This document shows, in pieces, positions 36,501-50,479 of a stretch of DNA of 64,000 bases. Both the position numbers and the translations under genes were made by a program. The number at the start of each line of letters is the position of its first letter. Position 1 is the first letter of the stretch. This stretch comes from Lama guanicoe. Lineage: Eukaryota. Below the pieces are notes generated by a model. The model searched no databases and was not told the DNA's origin. It saw only the letters and a program-made list of their open reading frames with translations. The DNA lies in contig MU054117.1 in NCBI GenBank assembly GCA_013239625.1, positions 2,728,011-2,792,010 of the forward strand. Reading direction: 5' to 3'.

Positions 36501-38929
36501 CGCGTCTCCCGACCCCCAGTTCAGCAGCGTTTAAGTCATATATTCCCCAGCTTTCTGGGGCTGGGGGCAGGGGCTCTGTGCCTCAGTTTTCCTGCTGAGA
36601 AAATAGAGCCACCTGCTGACAGGACGGCTCAGCCTCCCTCCCATGGTGTCTCTTCTCTTCAGCCAGGAGAGAGGCGTGTCCGTCCCTACAGGCAGCAGGG
36701 ATGACAGAGCTGGTGTCATGGACACTTTGAAAGCCACACGGCAGACAAGGGACCTTGGGGCTCCTAACTCTTCACTAAAGTACATGTCAAAGGAAAGTTT
36801 CTCATGTCAGAGCAGGCACGCCCCCTGGCCTGCTGGGACCACACAGCACAGATCCGTCCAGGGCCTGACCAGCCCTGCGTCCGGGCCTCTGGGACACAGA
36901 GGAGGAGTGGCAGCCAGTTCCAGCAGAGAGTTTGCAGCTTGCTTTTCGGGCGCATCAGGAATTGGGACAAAACTTCCTCCTGTGCACATGCTCTCTGTCC
37001 CATGCCCTTCAGTGTAGGCAGCCTCCCCGAGCTTTCCGGACGCAGGGGACCCCCCGCCTTGTTTAGTAAGGCATCAGCTCCACGCCTGCATCGCTGGCCT
37101 CGGGGGACGCTTTCTGCGCTGTGGCTCTCTCTCCACTCGTCCCCGGGGTCCGTGGCTGGTTACTCCTCCCTCTGGAGGTTGTCATCTGAGCCCCTCTTTG
37201 CGTGGGGGCGTCACAGGAGGTCTCCCCGAGTTTCGGGGAGAAGGGCAGGGCCCGGTTTACTCGCCGACTTGCTCGGAGGGTCTACACCCGCGAGCGACTG
37301 GCGCCGCCGTGTTGCTGCTCACCCGCTTGCTTTCCTAGTTGGGAACTTTTCTTTCCCTCAGTGACGTGTGGGCGGACTGTGGAGGAGGGGACAGTTTATG
37401 TTGGTTAAAGTGGCCTGAGCGCTGACGGCCGGGGCTTCGTATTTCAGCCAGACACCTTCACTCCCTCCGCCGCTCTGGGAGCACTTGTTTCGGAAACCAG
37501 ACCCTGGTTTGACTGGAAGTAGAAGAGCTTCCGAGCAGAGTTACTGCACCTTCGCTGCTTGGTGACTAGTGCTGGACGTGGGCTCTCAGGGGCCCTTCAG
37601 TGCTCCCCCTTTGATGGAGTAGGTGGGTCACCCCTCCCCAAGCCCAAGCCCCCCCAGTTCTGCCCACATGGCTGAGCAAAGCCTTTAAAAAAAATTTAAC
37701 CTATTAGGCATGACTTCAAGCCAACATTGGAAAAGCTCCGGTTTCCTGGACCCTGCGTGGGGGGAGGGGGGCGGGCGCAGGGGCTGTTGCAGGACATCCC
37801 CGTGTGGCACAGCAGCCCGCCCGTCTCCCGCCTCTGTGACAAACCAGCTGTGCTCTCCTGAAAGCCTTTGACTCCACATGTGGTCATTGTGTTTTCTCTT
37901 GCATAGTTGGAATCAGGGCCACTTAGACCCCATCTGCAGATTTATGCAAACAAAGTTTGCAACAAACCTCAGCAAAGGAAGATGTTTTGCAGGTGTGGCG
38001 CAGCTGACCCTGTATACCTGGCGGGATGCTGTGTGGGGCTGGCGGCACGGGCGAGAGCCAAGCAGAGGGCGAGGGGCTGGGCTGGCGTCTGCAGCAGTGA
38101 TGGAAGGCCTTGGGGTCTCCCTTCTCCTCTGCATTGCAGCCTGTGGGTGGCCGGCGAGGGGGCAGCCAGAGCTGGGGTGGGGAGAGCGTCTGCAGAGCCC
38201 CTCCGGGGACCGCTCCAGGTACCACACCTGGTGCTGAGAGGGTCTGACGGGGCCCGAGCCCTCTGACCTCCACACCTTTACCTTCACATCAGTCTCTGCC
38301 ACTTCACAGTTAACTTCAAATGAAAACCTTTCTACTGTCCCTCTGGGAGGCTAAGCTTTGTGTAGTTTACTTTTCTGCGACCTCTCTCGACCTTCACAGA
38401 ACCATTGAAACCTCAAGTCTTAACACTTGGAGGAACTTCAGTGCGTCTCTAGTCCAGCCCCTTGGGGTGCAGAACACCCAAGGGGGCTACAGCACTACCA
38501 GGTAAATGGTTTACCGCAGCCCACGGGCTTGGACCCAGTCTGCCGCACAGCAGCTCTCTGGGTGACGTGAATGACTGAACAGCAGGCTCTTGGCAATTTA
38601 GGTGCCATTTGAAATATCCTGCTTACAAAGTCCTTGTTTCTCATAAAGGATCGGCAGTTACTTTGCAGATGAGGACGCACCTCTGTTGTTCTCAGGCCTC
38701 TATGGGCTACAGATGCCGCCAGCGTCTAATCGTGCTTTTCCAAAGACCGGGCAGGTGGCGGGGCTGCCTCGGTTGCTCTGAGACTCGCAAAGAATTTCCA
38801 GGCTTTCCAAAATGACCTAGTTTTCCTAGTCACTCTGCTCTCTGGCTGTTGGGGCAGTGATGGAATTAGAAGTTATGAAGAGGAAGAGAAGGAGGGGAAG
38901 GGCAGACAGAATAGGGTGCAGGAGGAAGA

Positions 38930-39130
38930 ATGATAAACATTTATTGAGCACCGGCTGTATTCCTGACATGATGCTTAATGCTTTACCAATATTATCCCCA
39001 TTTTATAGACTGAGGAAATTGAGGTTTAGGGAGGTTAAGTAATTTGCCCAAAGGCTCTCATTGAGTCCATAAGAGGACTGCGACTTGAAAGTGGGGCTTC
39101 CTGGCTTCAGAGCCCAAGCTTGACACCACC
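38930..39130 (-). mobile_element. MIR SINE
   Basis: CATTTATTGAGCAC...CCCCATTTTATAGACTGAGGAAATTGAGG...GTTAAGTAATTTGCCCAA. Confidence 0.85.
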
Positions 39131-41599
39131 ATGTTCACGGGGGCCGTGGTGGAGGGAGGAAGCCAGGTTTCCGGGAAACTTCTAAATGGCCACAGCAAGG
39201 AATGTTTCCCGGGTAGCCTCTGCTGCCATCTTGATGGCTGGTCTCGGTGGGGCTTTTAGGACCGCTGTGGAAGGGAGGACAAGGAAAGGAGAAGAGCAGT
39301 TTCCCGGATTAGCTGTGTTCGGGACTGGCTGCTTCTTGCCCGCTTTCTTCTGGGACTGGAATTTTTCACGTGTGGCCTAAGGATGCTTTACTTTTGTGCT
39401 GGTCATAGCAGTTTCCAGGCTCAGATAAAAATTCGTTTACTTGTTTTGTTATCCATTCAACAAGCATTTATGAAGCACTTCTTGTTAATTTGTGAACCAA
39501 CAAGTTAGCAAAATCAGTGACCCCCACAAACCTATCTGAGACTCAGAAATTCACAGCAGAGCCAACTTCTGGTAGGTTACCCAGGGCAGTATCTTAGTTA
39601 CCGCCTTCTCTCTCCCACGTCTCCACTGTTGCTTTACCAGCAGGAAGGGGAAGGACATGGAAACGTTGGGGACGCTTAGCACTGGAGCTCAAGGTTTTGG
39701 GAAGGATATGGAAGCGAAAGACTAAGAAGAGGTTTTGGCATTATTTGCGAACGTCCCTTTTCCCGGCTCTTCCATCTCCTTGGGCCCTTCAGCTAGGCTC
39801 ACGATGTGAGGGCCAGCTGAACTGTTCACTTAAAAATCCATCCCAGCCTGCTCCGCTCAGCCTCAGCGCTAACTGCCAGCTGCCGCCTGCCTGTCCCAAC
39901 GGAATTAACGGAAGCTCCCAACAGCCCTGCCCTGACCTCACTGGGCGGAATCGCACGCTTAGCCGACTGGAGCTTCTCTGCCTTCTGCGACAGCCTCCCT
40001 CCTGTCGTGGAGCAGGGGGCCCTCCCACATGCAGTCCGAAGTTCAGTCAGAGGAGGAAGTCGGGCTTCTTGTTTGTTCTCACGAGACGGCCCACAGTGTG
40101 TCGGGTGGCTCCATGACGAGCCGCTGGCGGGGCCAGACGTAAGCCCAGCAGAGGGTGTGCGAAGGGGAGGGGCAGCAGCCCCCCGACGACAGCCAGCGCC
40201 AGGAAACCCTTTGACTCCAGGCTGACCTGGGAGAGCTGGCTAAGGCACAGAAATGCATCTGTCAGACACGCCGGGCAGTCCTTCCCCCTGAGAGCCTGTA
40301 GCGTAGCTGCAGGCAGACGGAAAAGACACGGAAAGCACCTGTCGCTGCACACGCATAGGGGTCGGCACCTACTGGCGAGCGGTGGCGCCTCCAGAGGGGG
40401 GTGTGGAAGAAGAGCCCTGGTTGTAAAATCAGAGGCACCTGGGAGGACATAGATAGAAACTCGAACCATGGCATGCCTTGCGAGTGAGCTTCGGGATTGA
40501 AACCGTGTTCTGCTGAGAATTTCTGGGTTCTGGTTTCAGATGTGAGGTCATGGCGGTTGGGCGAACGCATCCACACAGAGCTCTGCACGTGCGCCCGTCT
40601 GTCCTGGACTTTGGGAAGACTGCTAGCTAGGTTGGACCATCAAGGAAGGTTATAGTTGCCTTTTCTCCAGAGTGCCGAGAAGCTGAGCTTTCACAGCCTG
40701 GAGTAGAAGTCTGCTCCAGCAGTGTAGAGGGTCATGCATTAGATTTAAATTTTAAACCTGGCCCTGCCAGGCTGTGTGCTGTAGGACAAGGCATTTAACA
40801 TTTTTGCCTGTGCTCTAGAGAGTAACACCTGTCTTGCAGGGCGCTTTTAATGATCCAGAAGGAGCATAACCAGGAAAAAGATACGTAAACTGTAAAGAGC
40901 TGTCATCACCTGGCAGCGGCGGTGGCGAAGGTCTTTATCCCCCTGGGATGTTGGTGCGTGTTCCTGTGCGTACGGGAGGGTCCTTCCCGCTTTAGGGTTC
41001 TTCTAGTGAGATGAACGGGTCCTGCTGTCACCTGGGCTTTCCCACCACTAGACCCACCACCGACTGCTTAATCACGGAGGTTGTGAGGCCGAGGGAGCCT
41101 CCGGCCTTGGTCACAAGTGAGTGAAATGCACCACGGGGAGGGCACTCTGAACAACCTTTGTGAGAGAGAGGAACTGCACGTCATTTTTGTCCGGGAACAC
41201 AAAGCAAGCAACACTGGCGGTGCAAAGAATGCAAACGGCATCTTGCTGATTTAAAGCGATGAGGGATGGGAGCGCAGCCACCCAGGCAAAGAGGCTCTTT
41301 TGCTTCCCCAGCCACGAATTCCGGTTCAAAAGGGCACACAGACCACACAGATCGTCGATACAGTCTCAGCTCTTAATGCAATGTGTTTCTTTAATGTACT
41401 TCTTTAAGAAAGAGAAAAAAATCCTAAAAATAAAGCAGCGTCACACTTTCTTCAACTTGTTATCTGCTTTGAGCTTGATGTTTACGTTCCGCTGAGAAAA
41501 ATCTCGACATGATCTGTTTTCTCTTCAGCAGCGGCTGGTTCTTCCCCAGCGTAGGGGTGGGGGGAGGAGAAATCTAATTTTTCCAAGCACACACACATT

Positions 41600-42050
41600 T
41601 GTTTGCTCACTGCTTATTAAGACCTGTCATCCCCCGGGCTCTTGGCTAGGTGAGGATTTAACAAAGATAAACGAAAGAGACCTTGCCCTTAGGGGAGAAA
41701 AGACGTGTACCCCAGCATCTCGCTTTGATTTGTCAAGAGAGCTAACAGGTTTGGGGCTCAGAAAGAGGAAGAGTTACTTCTAGTGTATCTGCTCTGCTGG
41801 AGGTGACGCTGAGTGCCTGGGGAGGACAGTGGGTGTCAGCCCTGGAGGGGCACGTACACCAGATCACGGGCGGCCTTGCTTGGATAATGGGTTAAGGGTG
41901 TATGACTTTATTTTTAAGGTATAGGGAGTACGTTTTTTGAGCAGGGCAGTAGCACAATCATCTGGCTATAAGTGGACCCTGACATATGGAAGTTGAATTT
42001 GGAGAATGAACTTGGAAGATAATTGCGTGGGTGGACTTAGGTGACTCGAG
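41600..42050 (-). mobile_element. L2 fragment
   Basis: ACAAAGATAAACGAAAGAGACCTTGCCCT, CCAGATCACGGGCGGCCTTG, TTTTGAGCAGGGCAGT. Confidence 0.5.
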
Positions 42051-42404
42051 AACGTTCGACAGGAAGCAGTGGTTTGGCGGTTGCCCTCCTGCTAGCGTCA
42101 TATTTGCTGCTTGTTCCTCTTTATTTGGGATGGAGAACTATGTATATGTCCAAAGGAGAGATGAGTTCTTTCCTAATTCACTCTGTGGCCGAGATGGCCT
42201 CAGACACTTAAGAAGCCTAGATGCTGTGTCTAAAATGCTGAGTGAGAGGGTCTGGCTACCCCAGGCTGGACACGCCTCTTCCTAAGAGGAAGGGCGCTGA
42301 TGCAGGACACGGTCAGATGCTGTAGCCACCAGGAAGGATGAACACACGAGGGCAGCTGCTGCTGGTGAGGGAGGGGAGGGGTGCTGCGGGCGCCCTGCTC
42401 TGGT

Positions 42405-42560
42405 GATCTGGGCTCAAGTCTGAATGTTGCTGCTAATCTGCTGTGTGACCTTGAACAAGTCACTTGTCTTCTCTGGGCCTGAGTCTCCTCATCTGTAAAT
42501 GGAGAGGTTAGACTGGGTGGGCTCTAAAGTTCCTTGGAGCTCTGAAGTGCTGTGGGTGTA
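42405..42560 (+). mobile_element. MIR/MIR3 SINE
   Basis: GCTGTGTGACCTTGAACAAGTCACTT..CTCTGGGCCTGAGTCTCCTCATCTGTAAAT. Confidence 0.85.
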
Positions 42561-42645
42561 CGGGACTGAGGGAGGCAGTGGTGGGTCTGCCACGTCTCAT
42601 GGTCCCCAGGTGTCTCTTCCCCTCAAGGGCGCTGAGGGAGGCAGT

Positions 42646-42659
42646 CCAGCAGGGGGCAC
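42646..42659 (+). promoter_or_regulatory. CTCF core motif
   Basis: CCAGCAGGGGGCAC matches CCASYAGRKGGCRS at all positions; binding not shown. Confidence 0.45.
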
Positions 42660-42689
42660 GTTCACTCAGATCCCTGGTCCTGTCTCACA

Positions 42690-42800
42690 ACCTGAGTCCA
42701 AGTTCTGGCCTGGCTATCGGTCAGCAGTGTGAACTTGGGCAAGTCACTTAACCTCCGTGAGCCTCTGTTCCCCTTCCTAAAACATGGGCAAGTTAATGGG
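42690..42800 (+). mobile_element. MIR SINE
   Basis: GTGTGAACTTGGGCAAGTCACTTAACCTCCGTGAGCCTC. Confidence 0.8.
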
Positions 42801-43136
42801 TCTGTGCCTTCCAGCCAAAGGTGCTTCAGTTTAGCCAAGGGAGACAGAGCCAAGCTGAAGGACATTAATCTCTGACATCCACATGTTACCCAGTGTTGAA
42901 TGTTTCCTGGTCAGGGTCAGGATGGGGTCCAGAGGACGTAGTGTGTGGTTGACCAAGGGGTCAGTCTTCTGGCTCCTTTGCTGCAAGTTGAGTCGTTTGC
43001 TCCTGTGACTTGCTAATGGCTGCACAGTAGCATCAGAGACACTGGGCAAAAATCTGTCAACCAACTGCAACACAAGTGACCACTGGAAACAAAAGGATGG
43101 TTGATTAGTTATTTCTTGTGACCGGTCTCAAAGCCA

Positions 43137-43194
43137 AGGGGCGTCGATTACTCAGATAGTGAAACTCAGGGGCGTCGAAACTCAGACAGCGGAA
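43137..43194. repeat. ~31-bp two-copy tandem duplication
   Basis: AGGGGCGTCGATTACTCAGATAG / AGGGGCGTCGAAACTCAGACAG. Confidence 0.8.
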
Positions 43195-45429
43195 GCATGT
43201 CCCAGAATCCATCTGGGTCTGCTTTAGAGAGCCAGGTGCTTGCTCTGGCTAATGGCGTTGGAAGTAACTCACGGGAGGGCACTGTCATTTATGGTGTCTG
43301 TCTGTCTGGGTCAGAGGCAAGTTTGGACCCCTTTTCTCAGTCGTGTTCATCCCTACTTGTGGGAACCGTAGCTCCCAGAGGGCACGATGTTCCGTGTGTT
43401 CCTCTTTTGGAGGTTTCTGAGTATGCTCTCCAGGGAAACTTGATCCAGTGGAGGGGTGGTAATTCGAAGCGTCTGGGTCTCTAACAGCTATCCTGAAGAC
43501 GCAGGGTTGAGTGGGTGTAGCCTAATGTCCACAGGAGAATAATCCCCTGGCGGGGCACACACAGTATCAGGAGAATATTATCCAGTATAATAAGGGTGAG
43601 CCCAGGTTTTGTCCCTCAAGGTGGACAGATTCCTTGAGTGGATTCAAACAGTTCCCGCAAAACAGGAACAGACCGAGTCTTGCAGCCAGAGGAGCCGCAG
43701 CGTCAGTTCCCGCTCCTCGTGGGCTAGGCTTTGCCCAGTAGGGTTGTAATAACCTCAGCAGGAACACCTTGCTGCAGTGGAGGCAAGTTTCAGTTTTTAC
43801 AGACTCAAGTTTGGAATGAATTATGTGAGAGAAGCTTAAGAATCAGCAAGGACCCTTCGAAGGAAATCTACCTCCTTAAGCGTTTAAAGAAGAGTTACTA
43901 CACTTTATCAAAAATCAGTTGAATTCAGAGTAGTAGCTAAGGTTGGAGAAAAACACAAGAGTTTTTTTTTTCCCCCTAAGTGGTAGCAGACTACAGGCTG
44001 TGAACTATCAGGAGGAGGAGGGGAAGGGAGCTAATGCTGAGAAGAGAGAGCGAAGCACAGTTATAAGCAGCAGATGACACGCACGTGAACAAGAATCTCG
44101 AGGCTTTGCACACCCCCTACCCGAGCCGTTGTCACAAGCCTATGTAGTTGAATGTAATATACATACATATATATATATGTATTTATATGTAATTTTTCTT
44201 TTTAAACAAGTTATGGAAACAGCAGAACTTACATCACGAAACCAATATAGAAAACTCAGGAAGGTTGAATCATGAGAATTTGAACCACACCCTTGTTCAA
44301 AGCAAAATATTGTGCAGACGTTATGTGTATATGATAAATTAATTTTTAAAGACTTTGAATCAAGCCCAAGACTCTATCTCAGAGCTAAAACCTTTTCTAA
44401 TCATCTCAAAAAGTAGTAGAAATAAAAAAGGCTATTGTGTAAATATACGTTTCAGTGTCCACAAAAAGAAGCCCGGTTGAATAATTTCCTTTTTTGACGT
44501 CTTTGACTGTTTATCTGGACTCTAGATAGTCCTGGACTCTACACAACTCTACACAACAACTGACTGATGTTTTTGATCAGGTAGCTTTTCCCAGGAGAGG
44601 GCAAACTAGAGGGGTGGAAACAGAAAATGAGGAAGCTGGCTTCCAGTAAGGGTGAAATGATCATCCTACAGCTGGTGGGATTTCTTCTGCGTGGAGAGTG
44701 AAGAAACAGATTTTGACCTGTGCACTTGGAAGAGAGTGACCTTACCCTGTTTCAGGCAATAGTGTGGACCCTTGACAGTTTTATGAGGCTGAATGGTAAG
44801 AAACTAGCTCTTATGAACCCCCAAAGTATGGGAACCAAGGAGGCAGGGGGTGGGGGCTGTGTCTCCTACATTAAACAAAATCACCTCTGTTTTAGGCAAG
44901 ACAAGCTCCTCACATGGGTTCCTCTCAAATGAACACTCTTGTTTGTGTCAAAATTCCAAGTGGCCGTTGCAATTCCAGAGCGTCTCTTACATTTGTTAGA
45001 GAAACAGGGAGACAAGTTCAGACGGGTGAGACTATGAAAGCAGCAGGTGTTGGGCCCAGAAGAGCGTCTGTTCAGATGAAGAAGACCCCAGGGAAACAGA
45101 ACAGTGTGTCAGGAGATGGGGGGGGCGTTCAGAACCATGGTCAGAGGCTGAAGGCTGGTTGTCCGCAGTCAAGGGCTGACCCCGAATCCTCCAGATTCCA
45201 GGCAGATGGAACTTTAAAGGAGGCAGTTCCCCTGAGCAACACAGAGACAAGATTGGGGAAGGCGCCTTTATAAGATTTTGAAATGGTGACCTGGGGTGGA
45301 GTCTGCCCCAAAGGGTGGCAGGTCTCCCGAACGCCCATGTCCCGGAGACCAGCTCCAGGACGGACTTCTTGATCCGCATCTGTGCTCTTCCTGCCGACTT
45401 TTCCACTTACAAACAGCACTTTAGACATT

Positions 45430-45461
45430 AGACAGACAGACGACAGACAGACAGACAGACA
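45430..45461. repeat. (GACA)n microsatellite
   Basis: Directly visible. Confidence 0.9.
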
Positions 45462-45749
45462 TGGGAGCAGGTAGTAGAAGGCTAGACAACAGTTTCCCCA
45501 GGGAGCAACCCAAATCTGACCAGACAACCAAGAATTCCCACAGCATCTCATTCCTGGGAGGACAAAACAGGCTCAGAGCCAAAGGGCCTCAAGGTAGCCC
45601 TCGAACTCAGCTCGCTGAGCTCACCTCCCAGCTGTGGGCCACCGGGTGGGAGACGTGGAGGGTTGCCGTGAGCGCCACCGTGGGGGAGAGCGTCCCTCCA
45701 GGTTCCAGGAGGCACGGCGCCTCGGTGGTGGCTCACCTGCCTCGCAGTG

Positions 45750-46200
45750 GAACCTCCGTTTCTGCCGGTTCTCTCCACTTAAAAACCAACCAGACCACAC
45801 CTCCCATTGAACAAAGTTGGGCTTTTTGACTGGTTGCAGGAAGGAAGAACGCTCACCAGGGGAGAGGGTGGTAGAAAGGCACCTTGGGACTTTGGCTCGG
45901 GCGGTGCCTGGGGAGGGCGCGGTTAGGAAGGGAGGTGGGGTCTTCCTCTGGGTTGAATATTATTAGGAAGCAGGCGTGAGGCTCTGACGGCGCATCTCGA
46001 TAATGGTTACCCAGAAGTTGTGAAACGCTTGGGTGTCGGCGCGAGTGTGTGGGTGAAGGAGCAGCCCCTGTGTCCCTAGGCTGGGGAGATGCCTAGTGTG
46101 TGTGTGTGGGGGGGCTAGATTATGAAGTGGCCTTGTTCTTTGGCCTCCCCCGTGGTCAGAGTGGCTGTGTCTGATGTTGGTGTCCTGGGAGATTATCTCC
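45750..46200 (-). mobile_element. Old ERV LTR fragment (MER76/LTR53-like)
   Basis: AAGTTGGGCTTTTTGACTGGTTGCAG..GAACGCTCACCAGGGG resembles the antisense R/U5 of these LTRs. Confidence 0.4.
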
Positions 46201-46679
46201 AACGTGAACAGCCTGGTCCAGTGCCTGCCCCAAGGCCGGGCTGTGGGCTCCAGGCTGGGTCCTGCACGCCCGGGGCTGTGCTTCTGTCTCTGACGTAGAC
46301 CAATTCTTCAGTGCAGCTGGGAGATGCGAAACAGAGTCGCCACGAGAGGATCTGTGACAGTTAACAGCACAAGGGAGACAATCGGTTTCTGTCCGGACAC
46401 TCGTCTTCTCTGGGGGTCGCTTTCTCAGGAGGCTTGGCCATTGAGAAAGTAGCCAGGAAGCTGGAAGCAAACAGTCAACACTGCTGAGCGCCTGAAGTGG
46501 AAGCCCCGCAGTGCCCTTGTTTGTACGAGAGCTCGAGCTTTGCCACAAGATCTGTCTACTCCGTCAGGCACACGTTCTAACTAGCTTTGTCGTCATGCTC
46601 GTGGAAGGTTTGAGCTGCAAGGGGGGTGGGAGGGAGGGGACGCTCGGACGCAGGAGGAAGAGGAGTGGCCACAAGTGTG

Positions 46680-46990
46680 ACGTGGGGGGACCCGGAAGAC
46701 ATTATGCTGATCAAAGAAGCCAGATACACAAAACCACGCTTCTACGGAAATGTCCAGAATAGGCAAATCCAGAGAGACGGGAGGGAGACTAGCCGTTCCC
46801 AGGGCTGGGGAAGAGGGCCTGGGGGGTGGCAGTTGATGGGGGTTGGGGTACCTTTTTGGGGGGGATGAAAATATTTGGACTTAGTTGGGGGATGGTTGCA
46901 CAGCATTGTGAATATACGAAAAACCACTTCAGACGGTACATTTTGCCAGAGGTGATCTACATTTCAGTTTTAAAAAATGTTATTAAAAAG
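46680..46990 (+). mobile_element. L1MB-like 3' end
   Basis: GACATTATGCT, AATGTCCAGAATAGGCAAATCCA, GATGGTTGCACAGCATTGTGAATATAC. Confidence 0.85.
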
Positions 46991-49474
46991 AGCCTGGAGA
47001 TCTGGCAGCTGGGTCACCTGAGGACGGGAGAGGATGCGGGTACTCGGGAGCTCCACTCAGAAGGCAGCGTCTCCCAGAACCCCGGGCTCTGCTGCCTTTC
47101 CATCTGCAGCCTCTGCAGCTCTCCTCAACACGGCCCCACAGGCGCACACGGCATCCCCGCCGGCCACGTACAGACCTGGGATGGAAAGACACCTAGGACG
47201 TGGTCCTCGGGCCCTGGAGGGGCGGCACCCCCACGCGGCAGTGGGCATTCAGGCTGATGACCCCCTCGTGGGAAAGTTACCTTACTTTCAAAATGTTTGA
47301 GAAGGCAGAGGAGTGGGTCATACATTTGTAAAAAAAAAAAAATTCCTTTTAATACCACCAACCTTTCAAAGAAACATTAAAACCTCCAGTGTTCAGTTTC
47401 AGCTAGCTGGAGAGATAAAGCATGTGGAGCGGCTCATTTCCCGGGGAAGTGAGAGGCTCGCTGGGGTTGCAGGAAGGCGGGCGTCGCCAGGCGCCTCGGC
47501 ACCTCCTGGGCGGCGGGTGATTCCCGAGTGTTTCAAACTCTCCTGCCTCCCGGGCACCTGGGATCTCCTGGTGACGGCACAGGTCATGCGACTGTTGTCA
47601 TTTTTTTCCAGAGCTCCCAACATGCCTCTTGCTCCAAGGGCTGGGAACGCTGAGCTGCTGGGCGGGGAGGAGGGCCCAGGAGACAGGGCTGTGCTGGGCA
47701 GCCGCGTGGGGAGGCCTGATTGAAGCTGCCTCCTTCTGCAAGCTCTCCATCATTGGTTCTCCTCAGTGAGCAGTGAGCCGTGTGTGCCTCGCCACCAGGC
47801 TGGAAAACCGTGGTTTTCGGGGGGCAGGGGGTGGGGCAGGTACAAAGTGTGTGCCCACCTTGGACTGGTATCTCTCACAGTGAAGGACTGTGCCACGTTA
47901 TAAATTGCTGGCTTAAGAGGGAGCACTGGGGGAGGAAGGAGGGAGAGCTGAGGCCTCCATCTGCAAGAACGCAGGTCCTTTGCTGGAAATCACCTTTTCT
48001 ATACTCAGGCCGCCACCTGGGACCCAAGGAGCTGACTTTGCCACAGGCTTTGGGACATGGGACCTGCTTTTTAAAATAAACATCTGGGAGTTTTTAAAGA
48101 CATGAGTTCAGACCTGCCTCTGGAAATGACACGTTTAAAGGGAGGACCCTCACTTTAATGTCATGGGGGCCACGCTGCAGTGCAGGGTGGATATTCCAGG
48201 GACTGAAAACTCAGGACCAGGAACCTGTGTCTTGGGAGACTGGAGCCGACTGAGGGAGGCACAAGGAGCAGAGAAGCAAGTGGGGGTGGAGGTGCCTGGG
48301 AGAGCGTCAGGGACTGGCTTTCAGAGACGGTGAGGAGGCCCAGGGCTCCCGCTGGGCTCCTGCAGTCTGCCGGGCTTCGACAGGAGTGGGAAGGGCAAGA
48401 TACGTGAAAGAAAGCCAAGAATCTGAGGGTGGGATCTGCCCCGTGCTCCCAGCCCTCCTCCACCCCCTCCCTGCAAACCCCTGTGTTAGGCAGGCTCTCC
48501 CAGGCACAGAAGCCATCCGGGGTTACCTTCGGTAATGGGAATTTATCATAAGGGTATTTCTGGAAAGTGGGAGGATTCTATCAACACGGAGGGCAGACTG
48601 GCTTCCAGGAGCTCCAGGGACCTGCTCCGCTCGGCTCTGCAGCGAGACGAGACCTGGGGTGAGCTTCCTCCGCGGTGCCGCTTGGCGCTCTGCGCCTGGG
48701 CCCCTCTCCCTCCTGACCCTGCTTGGCCCCAGCCTGCTCACCGGTGGCTCTGCTCTCTGTGTCTTTCAGTTTCTAGCCACACTGCCGGCTGCCTTTTCTC
48801 TCCTGTTCAAACCTCTGGAAAGAGTTTGAGTCGACTGTTGTCAGCAGGGCCCATGTCGGCAGCCACCGCGGGGAGCAGTGACGGGCCGGTCCACTGCAGC
48901 GTCCGTGGCAGGACGACAGTGCCGGCCTCGGGGCCCAGCGGGAAGGCGGCAGTGGTGGCGGCAGGGCGTGTGTGTGCTGGGGGGCGGGGTGTGTGTGTGT
49001 TGTTGGGGGTTGTTGAGTGAGGGAGTAGCAGGCCTCTAGACTTTTCCCAGCGATCAAAAAAACGAGCTGGCACATGGGAGACTCACCCCTGCCCAAGACG
49101 CAGTTTGTTGAGTCAGGTGTCCTGAGCAAGGCTGCGAAGGCTGCCTCGTTCCCACTCTCTCTGTCCCTTTTTGTGGGTCCTGTAGGTGAGAACGAGGGGA
49201 GGTGTGCAGAGCTCTTTCTGGCTTCAGGGGTAATTCTCAGATTGCCCCAGGCAGCGGGCTCCACTCTGCCCGGTTTCCCGACACCTCAGCCCATCCCAAC
49301 CTGTTCTTTTTCCCACCAAACTTAACATTCCTAAATTTCAAAGTAGCCTTTGGAGCCTAGTAAGTGCTTAAATGGTGAATGGATGAATGAATGGATGGAT
49401 GAATGAAAACCATCAGCCTTTCATGGAGGTCCGGCGGGTAGGGGGGAGGCGCCCAGCTTTGGTAGAAGCAAGGC

Positions 49475-49590
49475 CCAGCTTTGAATCCTGGCTCTGCCCC
49501 TTGCAAGCTGTGTGACCTCGGGACATGGTACTTAACTTGTCTGAGCCTCCCTTTCCTCACTCGTAAGGTTAGGGTAATGCTGCTTCCAAG
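49475..49590 (+). mobile_element. MIR SINE
   Basis: TTTGAATCCTGGCTCTGCC...GCTGTGTGACCTCGG...CTTAAC..TCTGAGCCTC. Confidence 0.8.
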
Positions 49591-50479
49591 GGCTTTGGGA
49601 GTCCCCATGATGCTGTGATTTCTAGCACAGGTTCTGGCGTGGCGCGCAACGATGGGGCTGGCTCAAGGGGCCTGGCGGGTAGGGTTGGCTCGCCTGCCAC
49701 GTGGGCGTGGTGCACAAGCCCCCCGGGCAGTCAGGTGCTCGGCTGTGATTGTAGAGAGGAGGTGTGAAGGCCATCTGCTGGTCTCATCCTCATGCCCACG
49801 GGGCTGGCAAGGCCGCCACGCCGGCCTGCAGTGCCAGTTCCAACCAGGGCTAGGCTAGAAGTGTGGCTGGTGGGGCTGTGTCCCTGAAGCCGCGCCATGG
49901 GGAAGAGACAGGAAGACCAGGGTCCAACATAGGGCTGGTGCCACCAGTGGTGCGAAAACCTACAAGGGGTAAATGAAGGCTTAGAGGCAGAAGTCAGTGT
50001 AGGGGTCAAAGCCAAAAGCCAAGATCCAGCAGGATAGGAGAACAGGGAACACTGGGGCTGGGGCTGGGGGAGATGTGGCTGCCACGAAGGTGGCTTCTGA
50101 CTGGGGGCCCTGAGCATTTCCTTCACGTCTGCCCCTGGAGTCTGACGTGTGCCAGCTGGATGCCAGGCAGCCTCTAACAGCCTGAACCTGTGATGCAGTG
50201 CCGATCGGGGGGCGTGACGGGGAGGGTCTGGGCGGTGAGAGGAATCCCCCTCTCTTCCTCGGGGTGACTGAGAGCTGCTGCTCACACCCAGCCAGCATGG
50301 GCGGGGTTTCCCAGCTGTGCGTAGTGCCCCCGAAGCCCTGTCCCTGGCACCCCCCTGATTACTGTCCCAAACCCTCACCTTTCTCCCTAAACTTCCCTTC
50401 CTGCTAGCTTGTGCCTCCCCGATCCAGCTCCCACTGTGGTGGGAGGAGGGTGCGCACCCCCGGGGTTCGGCTCTGAGTC

